The translations under genes were made by a program, and so were the position numbers. A stretch of DNA of 36,271 nt from a virus (lineage: Duplodnaviria > Caudoviricetes): the IMG/VR virus record IMGVR_UViG_3300042348_000707, positions 1 to 36,271 of that record, one strand, 5' to 3'. Position 1 is the first letter of the stretch, and each line of letters opens with the position of its first letter. Below the pieces are notes generated by a model. The model made no database searches. It saw nothing but the letters and a program-made list of their open reading frames with translations, and had not been told where the DNA came from. This document shows, one piece after another, positions 28,509 to 36,271 of the stretch.

Positions 28509-31500
28509 ATGGATATTAAGTATTTTTCACCGTCACTTATCGCCTTATTAAGGGCCGCTGGTACTGCAATATGGAATAACGATATTGAGATACTGGATCA
28601 AAGTATATCTGCAATAAAATTAGAAATTGATTCAATGCCAAATACCATTGGAACAACTGTTACTAATTTTGCTGGTTTAACAGGAATGACTACTCCCGGT
28701 CTTAACACTCTACCAGGTTCTCTTGGATTACAAAATAATACTGCAACTCTTACAAATCAACCTAGAGAAAATTTAGCAAAAATTTTATTACAATCATTCA
28801 ATCAATTATTCAATGTTTATTATCGTTATTTAATAGACAATAATCCACTTGCATTGGATTCAAGTATTGCGAGATTTTCAAGATCTTTTGGAGATTGGGT
28901 AGAAGAATATAATACACTTTTAGGTGACGAACCACTTGGTATAATAAATTCATTTGGAAATTTGGGTGCTTTGGTTCAAAGAGGGGTTGATGCAAATTCT
29001 TGGGAATATAAGGCAATGGCCGAATTGAGAAGAATACTTTTGACTGATAAAATTCAAGGTAAAAACCCAAGAGATACTGATTTACTTTGGGATGGACCAA
29101 GATCTCCTGGTGGTGCAGGTGGTGGTGGGATAAATGTTACTAATGATCAAAGAGCTCCTGGAGGAGGACAACAATTTACTGCTCCTGATCCAAAAACATT
29201 ATCAATTCCAGTTGATAATGCGAATAGATGTACTTTTTATTTGGAATCAAGACAAGTTCAGAATCCAGGAACAAGAACTGTAATACACAATGGAAAAAGT
29301 TATACAATAAACAATCCTTGTGATTTGGAAGTTAGACTACATCGTTGTTGTTCTATAAATGTTCCGAGAGTAATAGATCCGTGCGGAAATGATTTCTCAA
29401 ATGGAGCAGATGTTTACAAGGCAGAAGAAACTCATGTTGTGATTCCATGGACTAGAATTACAACGTCAAAATTATCTTATGTTGTTGAAGATTGTGGTGA
29501 TGGTAAATCAAAAAAATTAAATTACGAATATCATTTCGATTTATCAGAACTTACAACAAATTACAATACTTTATTAAAAAGATATGATATAATAGTTCCC
29601 GATGGTCAAAATCCAAAAGGTAATTGCCAAATAACATCCGGAAACCCATTCAACTCACAATTCAGACAGTTTTCATCTGTAAATTTGTTGGATCATATTA
29701 TATCAAGAACTATTGATCCAACAGTTTATGTTTCGGTTGGACCAAATGCAACAAATAGAGGTAAAAAATTAGTAGGTGCATATGCTCCAGATTTATTTTA
29801 TCTGTGCAATTATGCAAGAAATCCACAATTTATACAACCAAGTGGTGATATTGGAAGTGTGCTTTCTTCTATTGCAGATAAGAGATTTTTAGACAACATA
29901 GACCGAACATTTACATATGCGGGTCCAATGTGGTTAAAATCTATAAAAGAAAACCCATCAGTATTGAGTTCTATTGAGGCGATTGTTCGTGGAAATTCTG
30001 ATTCAAATACAAATGGATCTATTAAAAATTGGTTCAAACAAAACCAAGGTTATACAGACGGACAAAAACTATATTTGGATATAAATGAATTTGATAGCCC
30101 AATGGTCGATCAAATGTCATATCCATATAGAGATCCTCTATCGCCAACACCAATGGATAGGTTGCCTTATTTTGTTGCATCTATTACATCCGCTTGTGGT
30201 TCCGTTAGTGATTGCGATAAAATTGATATTCCAAAAATTGATTGTAATAAACCTTACAATGATGCTACAAAAAATATACATTGGAAATTAAAAGAATCAC
30301 CAACAACAACATATAGAGATGTAAACGATAATAAAAATGATTATGACAGTTCATCCGAACTTTACAAATCATTGAGTGTAAATAATCAATTTGATGGATC
30401 AGTAAAAGTTGCAACCGATAGAACATTTAACGTTTTTTATGGAGAAAACTCGGTATTAAGGGCAACTCAAACTGGAGTAGATACACAGAATGTTCCTATA
30501 CCAGGAAGACCATGTTATGTTGGTACATCAAGACAATATGTTATTGATATAAAAAGACAACAAAAAGTTTATATTGATGTGATTTGTAGTACAAACAATG
30601 TTCCAGTTGATTATGTTTCATCAACAAACAACACATCAAAAAAATTAGAAGAATCTTTATCATCAACCGAAGATTTTTCATTACCAGCAATAAAAGGTCC
30701 TTATGTTCAACATATGGTTTTGGGTGATGGTAGAGTTGGATCTAAAGATGTTCCTGCATATCCAAATGCTATATTAGATGTAACAAACGGTAAATGGTAT
30801 ATTTGGAAAGATGTGTATGTTCCATTTTACGATGAAACCGGTGAAAGATTTTTTACAACTATTATTGCTGATGATAGTATAAGATTTGATAGAACTGGAC
30901 AAAATTGTTTACCATCAAAAGAACAATGTAATCAGTCTGAACCAATTCCTGATCCAACAAATCCTTGTGGATGTACCGATTTCATTATAGAAAAATGTGA
31001 TGAAATATACGAAGGGTTTACTTATATTGATGGATTTGGAACTACAAAAATTATTGAAACACAAACTGTTCCAAAACAGTTCTTACCAAATCCAGAATAT
31101 CCATTTTTGAGTATTATAGAACGATTGGTTGCAGCTGTTCCATCAACAAGGGCAGAGTGTAATCCATCTTCAATAAGATCTTTTCATCCACTAATTTTTG
31201 GATATGATTTATTAACTGCTGTAAAAAAGGATATGACTTTTGGTTTATTTAGTGGTTCACAGTCGCCATCTTGTTATCTAACAAGTTCAATTCAAACTAC
31301 TGCATCAAAACAATACTATTATGATATAGTGGATTGCCCAAATAACTGTGATAATAAACCATATTATTCTATTGCATATGGACATTATGACGGTTCTGGA
31401 TCTCTTTCTAATGGGTATGACGCTAGTGATACACCAAGTAAAGCGATATATTCACAGTATAGACTAAAGGCATTAGAAATGCCTACTACAAAATTTACAT

Positions 31501-32291
31501 TTACTGATATTCCTCAAACCGATATGGTTTCGTTGATAGCTGAATTTACGGATCCAAAAGACATTTATGTATTGAATTTTTATAGAGATAATTTAAGTCA
31601 TAGATTGGATGCTGGCAATTTTGAAATAAGTCTCGCAGAATTGAGTGGTAGTCGATTTGCAAATAATGTTCATACTGGAAGTAATGTTCAAGTAAGTTCA
31701 TCAAATAAAATACTAACATTGATTGACAATTCTGGCGATGCGGATGAAAGTGTTCTATGTGGAAATGATCCATTTTCAAGTTTTGACATAGTTAGTGGTT
31801 CAATTTCAAATGGAATATACAAAGAAAATGAATCATCACAAATACCAGTTTATGGAAAAGTATATCCAAATTTAGGCGTTATTGTATTAAATCCTGGCAG
31901 ATTAAATGATTACTTATCATTCAATACTGTTACTGGTAGTGATATTGCAGGTGATAATGCTTGGAAATTGTATACTGCTATTAGTGGTGCAGCTGCTTTA
32001 GGTCATCATATGAAAGCTCGTAGTGTAAAAACAAAAACTACTAATCATTATTTTGTTAGAATCCCAACTGTTGATGCAAACTATACAACAAATCCAACAT
32101 ATGTTTTACATACTAATGAAGAAAAAGGAAAATTAAAATATGATTGTTTTGTAGATAATCCTGTTACTTACATAACAACTATCGGTTTATACAATGATAG
32201 AAAAGATTTACTTGCGGTTGCAAAATTGAATAAACCTATAAAAAAGACTTTTGAAAATGATGTTTTAGTAAAAATAAGGTTAAATTGGTAA
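28509..32291 (+). CDS. Structural paralogue 3 with a Cys-rich N-terminal extension of about 890 aa
   Basis: The C-terminal ~370 aa carry YSIAYGH, RLDAGNFEI, LIDNS, VSGSI, NPTY and YITTIGLYNDRKDLLAVAKLNKP. Confidence 0.8.
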   Translation: MDIKYFSPSLIALLRAAGTAIWNNDIEILDQSISAIKLEIDSMPNTIGTTVTNFAGLTGMTTPGLNTLPGSLGLQNNTATLTNQPRENLAKILLQSFNQLFNVYYRYLIDNNPLALDSSIARFSRSFGDWVEEYNTLLGDEPLGIINSFGNLGALVQRGVDANSWEYKAMAELRRILLTDKIQGKNPRDTDLLWDGPRSPGGAGGGGINVTNDQRAPGGGQQFTAPDPKTLSIPVDNANRCTFYLESRQVQNPGTRTVIHNGKSYTINNPCDLEVRLHRCCSINVPRVIDPCGNDFSNGADVYKAEETHVVIPWTRITTSKLSYVVEDCGDGKSKKLNYEYHFDLSELTTNYNTLLKRYDIIVPDGQNPKGNCQITSGNPFNSQFRQFSSVNLLDHIISRTIDPTVYVSVGPNATNRGKKLVGAYAPDLFYLCNYARNPQFIQPSGDIGSVLSSIADKRFLDNIDRTFTYAGPMWLKSIKENPSVLSSIEAIVRGNSDSNTNGSIKNWFKQNQGYTDGQKLYLDINEFDSPMVDQMSYPYRDPLSPTPMDRLPYFVASITSACGSVSDCDKIDIPKIDCNKPYNDATKNIHWKLKESPTTTYRDVNDNKNDYDSSSELYKSLSVNNQFDGSVKVATDRTFNVFYGENSVLRATQTGVDTQNVPIPGRPCYVGTSRQYVIDIKRQQKVYIDVICSTNNVPVDYVSSTNNTSKKLEESLSSTEDFSLPAIKGPYVQHMVLGDGRVGSKDVPAYPNAILDVTNGKWYIWKDVYVPFYDETGERFFTTIIADDSIRFDRTGQNCLPSKEQCNQSEPIPDPTNPCGCTDFIIEKCDEIYEGFTYIDGFGTTKIIETQTVPKQFLPNPEYPFLSIIERLVAAVPSTRAECNPSSIRSFHPLIFGYDLLTAVKKDMTFGLFSGSQSPSCYLTSSIQTTASKQYYYDIVDCPNNCDNKPYYSIAYGHYDGSGSLSNGYDASDTPSKAIYSQYRLKALEMPTTKFTFTDIPQTDMVSLIAEFTDPKDIYVLNFYRDNLSHRLDAGNFEISLAELSGSRFANNVHTGSNVQVSSSNKILTLIDNSGDADESVLCGNDPFSSFDIVSGSISNGIYKENESSQIPVYGKVYPNLGVIVLNPGRLNDYLSFNTVTGSDIAGDNAWKLYTAISGAAALGHHMKARSVKTKTTNHYFVRIPTVDANYTTNPTYVLHTNEEKGKLKYDCFVDNPVTYITTIGLYNDRKDLLAVAKLNKPIKKTFENDVLVKIRLNW

Positions 32292-32863
32292 TGTCATTAC
32301 CTGAATCACAAATACTGGCAACTTTGAGCACCGAAATAATTTATCCGGTTCCATCTGTATCGTTTTTTAATGAACCATCTAATTTTTTTGAAAATTTTGG
32401 TCCTGAATATGTAGAAGATTTCAAAAGGCAATTAGAAGGTAATATAATTAAAGATGAATTTTTACCTATGCCTGAAATTGTAACAAAAACAAATACAATA
32501 ATTGCAAACAAAAGTTCTGAAATTTTTAACGATTGTATAAAAGATAATGGATTTTTTGTAAGTAATGAAAAAGATGCCAAAGATTTAATTGCAGCAATTC
32601 AAGAAGAAAAAAGAACGCTTGAATTGACTAATAACCTACTTGTAGAAGAAGTACAACAATTTGGTAGAGATATTGCACCAATGTCTGGACAAACATTTGA
32701 TGGGGTATTCCTAAAACAATTAAAGGGCGAAGAAGTAAACTACGATATATCAGAAGAAACAATACAAAAACTTGCAAATGATTTTGAAGTTGGTTTTGGT
32801 ACTTTTGATGAATTAGAAAATTATTTTGTTGGTACAATAAAAGAATTTGGTACAAATGGATAG
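32291..32863 (+). CDS. Acidic hypothetical protein
   Basis: TAATG overlap with the upstream stop; AAGGT SD. Confidence 0.7.
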   Translation: MSLPESQILATLSTEIIYPVPSVSFFNEPSNFFENFGPEYVEDFKRQLEGNIIKDEFLPMPEIVTKTNTIIANKSSEIFNDCIKDNGFFVSNEKDAKDLIAAIQEEKRTLELTNNLLVEEVQQFGRDIAPMSGQTFDGVFLKQLKGEEVNYDISEETIQKLANDFEVGFGTFDELENYFVGTIKEFGTNG

Positions 32864-32868
32864 ATGTT

Positions 32869-34149
32869 ATGTTATTAGATTCGTTTAGAATAAATAAAAA
32901 TGTTCTTGATTTACTTGAGGCATATGTAACATTTCAGATGGAAAACGATTTTCCACCTGCAAATAAGATAATAGTTGTAAATGAAACACAACCAAACTCC
33001 ATTGTTCCCCAAATAAAATTTATCAATGATGGTTGGTCGGTCACATCACCATCTTTTAATTTCAAAAAAATAAACTTACAACAAGAATATAAAGCACCGT
33101 CACCTATGTATAAATCAAAGGGATATTTCAGTTGTACAAATGCAGAAAAATTAGAAAATTTTTATACAGGATCAATAACTTCAAATCATAACAGATACTA
33201 TCAAACTATTTATAGTAACAAAAACACATCATCAGAACATCGTGAATTTGATATATCGTATGCACATATATCTGGATCTGGATCTTCTTATACAAATATA
33301 ATTGGAAACACAACAACGGAATACTTGCCCGCAAAAACAATGTTTCGTAAATACATGATGGATTGTTTTGAATCAACTTCTGGAAAATTTCAATTTAAGA
33401 ATAATGCAAACGGTGATTATTTTTATGTTGTACATTTTGACAGAGATTCAATTAAAGACAGATTGGATCCTGGAAATTTTCAAATTACATTATCACCGAT
33501 AGTATCAAATCCAAATCAACTATACAATACTGGAAGCAATTTTTATTTTGATACTGGATCAGATGTTATATTTACTCTAATAGACGATTCAAGTGATGGC
33601 AAAGAAAAAATATCTTATACAGAAGATATTAAAGACTACTATTATTTGGTTTCTGGATCTTTACAAGATGGTATACATGATACTGATGATGCTAATGCTT
33701 GGGGGGTTGTATTCCCGAAAAAAGGATTTCTTATTTTAGATGGGGTTGTTTTGGATCAATCATGTTCCTTTAACACAGTTACCGCTTCCATTCAAGGCGA
33801 TAATATACAAAAATTATTTTATGCAATAAGTGGTTCTACATCACCAAATGCAGTTAGATCAGAATATGGTGCTTGGTATGCTCGATCATCTGAATTAACA
33901 TTAGTTGAAACGTATTTTTGTAGAATTAAGGCTGATGAAATGTCTTATTCCAGTAATCCAACATATGTTAGTGGTAGTAAAAATGAAGTTAGATTTTTTT
34001 CATTTAGAGAAAATCCAAAAGTTGCAATCACAACAATAGGTTTGTATAATGATAAAAGAGAACTAATTGCCATTGGTAAAACAAAAAAACCAATAATTAA
34101 AGGTAATAAAGATGAATATGTATTTCAAGTAAGAGTGAGAACAAACTAA
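32869..34149 (+). CDS. Tail/baseplate structural paralogue 4
   Basis: FDISYAH, DRLDPGNFQI, LIDDS, VSGSL, NPTY and ITTIGLYNDKRELIAIGKTKKP. Confidence 0.8.
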   Translation: MLLDSFRINKNVLDLLEAYVTFQMENDFPPANKIIVVNETQPNSIVPQIKFINDGWSVTSPSFNFKKINLQQEYKAPSPMYKSKGYFSCTNAEKLENFYTGSITSNHNRYYQTIYSNKNTSSEHREFDISYAHISGSGSSYTNIIGNTTTEYLPAKTMFRKYMMDCFESTSGKFQFKNNANGDYFYVVHFDRDSIKDRLDPGNFQITLSPIVSNPNQLYNTGSNFYFDTGSDVIFTLIDDSSDGKEKISYTEDIKDYYYLVSGSLQDGIHDTDDANAWGVVFPKKGFLILDGVVLDQSCSFNTVTASIQGDNIQKLFYAISGSTSPNAVRSEYGAWYARSSELTLVETYFCRIKADEMSYSSNPTYVSGSKNEVRFFSFRENPKVAITTIGLYNDKRELIAIGKTKKPIIKGNKDEYVFQVRVRTN

Positions 34150-35915
34150 TGTCATTTCAATTTGGAAATAATTTAAGCGTTGCTTGGAAGAAATTAAAAG
34201 GCGGTGATTATACCGTTAGAACTTTTGAGGCAAATAAACTATGGCGTTTTGAAACTGTCACTAGTAGTATTTATCATCATGCAAAATATGGAATGAATTT
34301 GTATCGTGCACTTTATCCAGAAAATCACAAGTATTTTGGTAATGTTGCAAATTTAAGTTCATCTCTATATGAAAGAGTTTTTACTACTCAAAGTATTGAT
34401 CCTAAACTTTTATGGTATTATTTGGATCATAATTTTTATACTGAATATGAAAATAATAAAAATCCATTGGACATAACTGATGATAATACTGTAACATACC
34501 TTTGGCAATCAAGTTCAATTATGGCATTACCGATGGGTATGTTTGGTGAGGGGATTAAGGAAGGATCCTTTACCGTAACAAATCACTATCAGTATTCGGC
34601 ATCAGAAGTTGGGGGAATACCATCTCAATATGGACCACCTCAATCTGCATGGGAATATACATTGATAGATGACGGTCATGGAAATTTGATAGATACTGTA
34701 TTTGATGAATCCAATTTTGTTCCGAATGAATACAACCTTTTGTATATTGGATTTAATGAAAAATATAGAGAGTTTAATTACAAAAACAATAAGTTAGATT
34801 ACACCATGGATTTATCGCCATATAAAAATAATGTAGATATAATCAATCCAAAGTTAATAACATATCAAACTGGTATTCCAACAACAAATCAAATTAGATC
34901 TTCTGGTGTTTCTGCTAATTTTAATGGTTCATATCTATATCTTAAAAATAAAGATAGATTCAATTTTAATAGTGGAAGTGATTTTGCTTTTAGTTTTTGG
35001 ATAAATATACCACCAACTCAATCAATTTTAACAAATAATTTCAATTCTCTTTTTGATAAAAAAACAACAAACAGTAGTGTAGTAAATGGTGAGGATCTTG
35101 TAACAACATCCATAGTAGAAAATTTATACCCATTTGATATTACTATAAGTAATTCAAATGAAATGATTTCTGGTTCAATACACTTCAAACAAAAATCAGA
35201 AGTACAATTAGTTGAAGTCAGTTCAAGTGCACTAACATCGAGTATTTGGCATCATGTTGTTTGCCAAAAAACTGGAAGTGAATATCAAATATGGTTAGAT
35301 GGTATTCTTAATGCATCTGCATCCTTGTCAATATCAGATAGAGTCCGAAATAATAGTGAATTTTATATTGCAGATAACGGTACGGGTGAAAATTATTTTT
35401 CTGGATCACTTGACGAAATAAGAGTATACAACAAGGGATTGAGTTCTAACGAAATTCTACATTTAAGTGATAACCATATAACAGCAAGTTATGCATATCA
35501 GACAAATAGAGTTGGTAACATTTTTTATGAAAAAGGAATGGTTGTTGTTTCTGATCCAAGACCAAAGTATGCAAATGCTCTTCTAGGTAATACTGGTAAT
35601 TTTGATCATTCTCAAATAACAAATGGTTTTGAAGGACAGTTTAGAAGTACAAAAACAATACACGAACATGAAATAATATGTAAGATTAGAAAAAATGAAT
35701 TTAATTTTACACAAAATCCTAGCGTGTTAAATGATAATTTGGAAAATAGTTCTATCATTGACAAATATGTAACAAATCCATTTTTTAATCCATACATAAC
35801 AACTGTTGGTTTGTATAATGAAGATAGAGAATTAGTTGCAGTTGCTAAAATGGGAACGCCTCTTGAAAAAAGAGACGATGTAGATATGAATATCGTTGTA
35901 AGGTTTGATATGTAA
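34149..35915 (+). CDS. Divergent paralogue 5 with an inserted LamG/concanavalin A-like domain
   Basis: GEGIKEGSF, LIDDG; LamG FAFSFWI...WHHVV...IWLDG...FSGSLDEIRVYNKGL; then GNIFYEKG, NPS and YITTVGLYNEDRELVAVAKMGTP. Confidence 0.8.
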   Translation: MSFQFGNNLSVAWKKLKGGDYTVRTFEANKLWRFETVTSSIYHHAKYGMNLYRALYPENHKYFGNVANLSSSLYERVFTTQSIDPKLLWYYLDHNFYTEYENNKNPLDITDDNTVTYLWQSSSIMALPMGMFGEGIKEGSFTVTNHYQYSASEVGGIPSQYGPPQSAWEYTLIDDGHGNLIDTVFDESNFVPNEYNLLYIGFNEKYREFNYKNNKLDYTMDLSPYKNNVDIINPKLITYQTGIPTTNQIRSSGVSANFNGSYLYLKNKDRFNFNSGSDFAFSFWINIPPTQSILTNNFNSLFDKKTTNSSVVNGEDLVTTSIVENLYPFDITISNSNEMISGSIHFKQKSEVQLVEVSSSALTSSIWHHVVCQKTGSEYQIWLDGILNASASLSISDRVRNNSEFYIADNGTGENYFSGSLDEIRVYNKGLSSNEILHLSDNHITASYAYQTNRVGNIFYEKGMVVVSDPRPKYANALLGNTGNFDHSQITNGFEGQFRSTKTIHEHEIICKIRKNEFNFTQNPSVLNDNLENSSIIDKYVTNPFFNPYITTVGLYNEDRELVAVAKMGTPLEKRDDVDMNIVVRFDM

Positions 35916-36271
35916 TGCGTAGAAATCAAGTTGCAATAAAACATGGGTTTCGTAGTGGATTAGAAGATAATGTAAATGATTTATTAAAAGAAAGTAAAAA
36001 ATCATTTGGTTATGAAACAGAAAAAATATCCTACATACAACCAGAGACTAAACACAACTATACACCAGATTTTGTTCTAACAAAAACATCTGGCAATAAA
36101 ATGTATGTTGAAACAAAAGGTAGATGGGTAAAGACAGACCGACTTAAATTTGACCTTATATTTGAACAATATCCTGGAATAGATATTCGTTTTGTATTCC
36201 AAAATCCGAATGCAAAGTTATACAAAGGAAGTAAAACAACCTACGCTCAATACTGTGATAAGAAAGGTTGG
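35915..36271 (+). CDS. T7 endonuclease I-like Holliday junction resolvase; partial (runs off the window) and absent from the ORF track
   Basis: Manual translation MRRNQVAIKHGFRSGLEDNV...YETEKISY...YTPDFVL...YVETKGRW...DIRFVFQNPNAKLYKGSKTTYAQYCDKKGW contains the RSGLE, YTPDF and ETKG motifs. Confidence 0.93.
   Translation, partial: MRRNQVAIKHGFRSGLEDNVNDLLKESKKSFGYETEKISYIQPETKHNYTPDFVLTKTSGNKMYVETKGRWVKTDRLKFDLIFEQYPGIDIRFVFQNPNAKLYKGSKTTYAQYCDKKGW

Noticed and set aside
7436-32863. Stop-codon reassignment (TAG or TGA), as in some large phages
   Set aside because: Recognisable genes are full length in the standard code, and the TAG stops at 7438, 16325, 17333 and 32863 do not lead into in-frame continuations of the next gene.
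7407-35915. Bacterial eCIS/T6SS or tailocin locus
   Set aside because: It is flanked by thyX, uvsE, a gp55-like sigma and endonuclease I in uniform phage-like gene packing. No bacterial housekeeping genes or T6SS membrane/ATPase genes are present.
26238-35915. Diversity-generating retroelement acting on the paralogue C-termini
   Set aside because: There is no reverse transcriptase, no non-coding template repeat, and differences between copies are not adenine-specific.
666-35944. All minus-strand ORFs and the short nested plus-strand ORFs (19618-19851, 30085-30291)
   Set aside because: They lie within or across well-supported + strand genes, show shadow-frame composition and contain no motifs.

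Overview
This is an AT-rich (about 30% GC by eye), densely coded window with every credible gene on the + strand and the standard genetic code. It reads as part of a large, T4-like contractile-tailed phage genome. The left part (1-7.4 kb) holds accessory and regulatory genes: the 3' end of an i-type-lysozyme-like hydrolase, thyX, a methyltransferase-like ORF, a Spy/CpxP-like lipoprotein, uvsE, a membrane coiled-coil protein, ClpP and a gp55-like sigma factor. The right part (7.4-35.9 kb) is a baseplate/tail module. It contains a gp5/VgrG-like spike with an LRR-like extension, a second LRR-like protein, a CHAP amidase, a GH19 + degenerate CHAP + M15 hydrolase, gp25-, gp6- and gp7-like proteins, a gene resembling the N-half of the tail-collar domain, and five paralogues ending in the matching C-half. 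The window ends inside a T7 endonuclease I-like gene that the ORF track misses. The best leads are: (1) the apparently split tail-collar domain with five variable partners; (2) the spike-linked multi-enzyme cell-wall hydrolase cassette; (3) a TATTTAT candidate late promoter, with one pair of copies inside a hairpin that hides a ribosome-binding site; (4) strong enrichment of [ST]-G-S tripeptides in virion proteins. All family calls come from motif recognition by eye; no database search was run.
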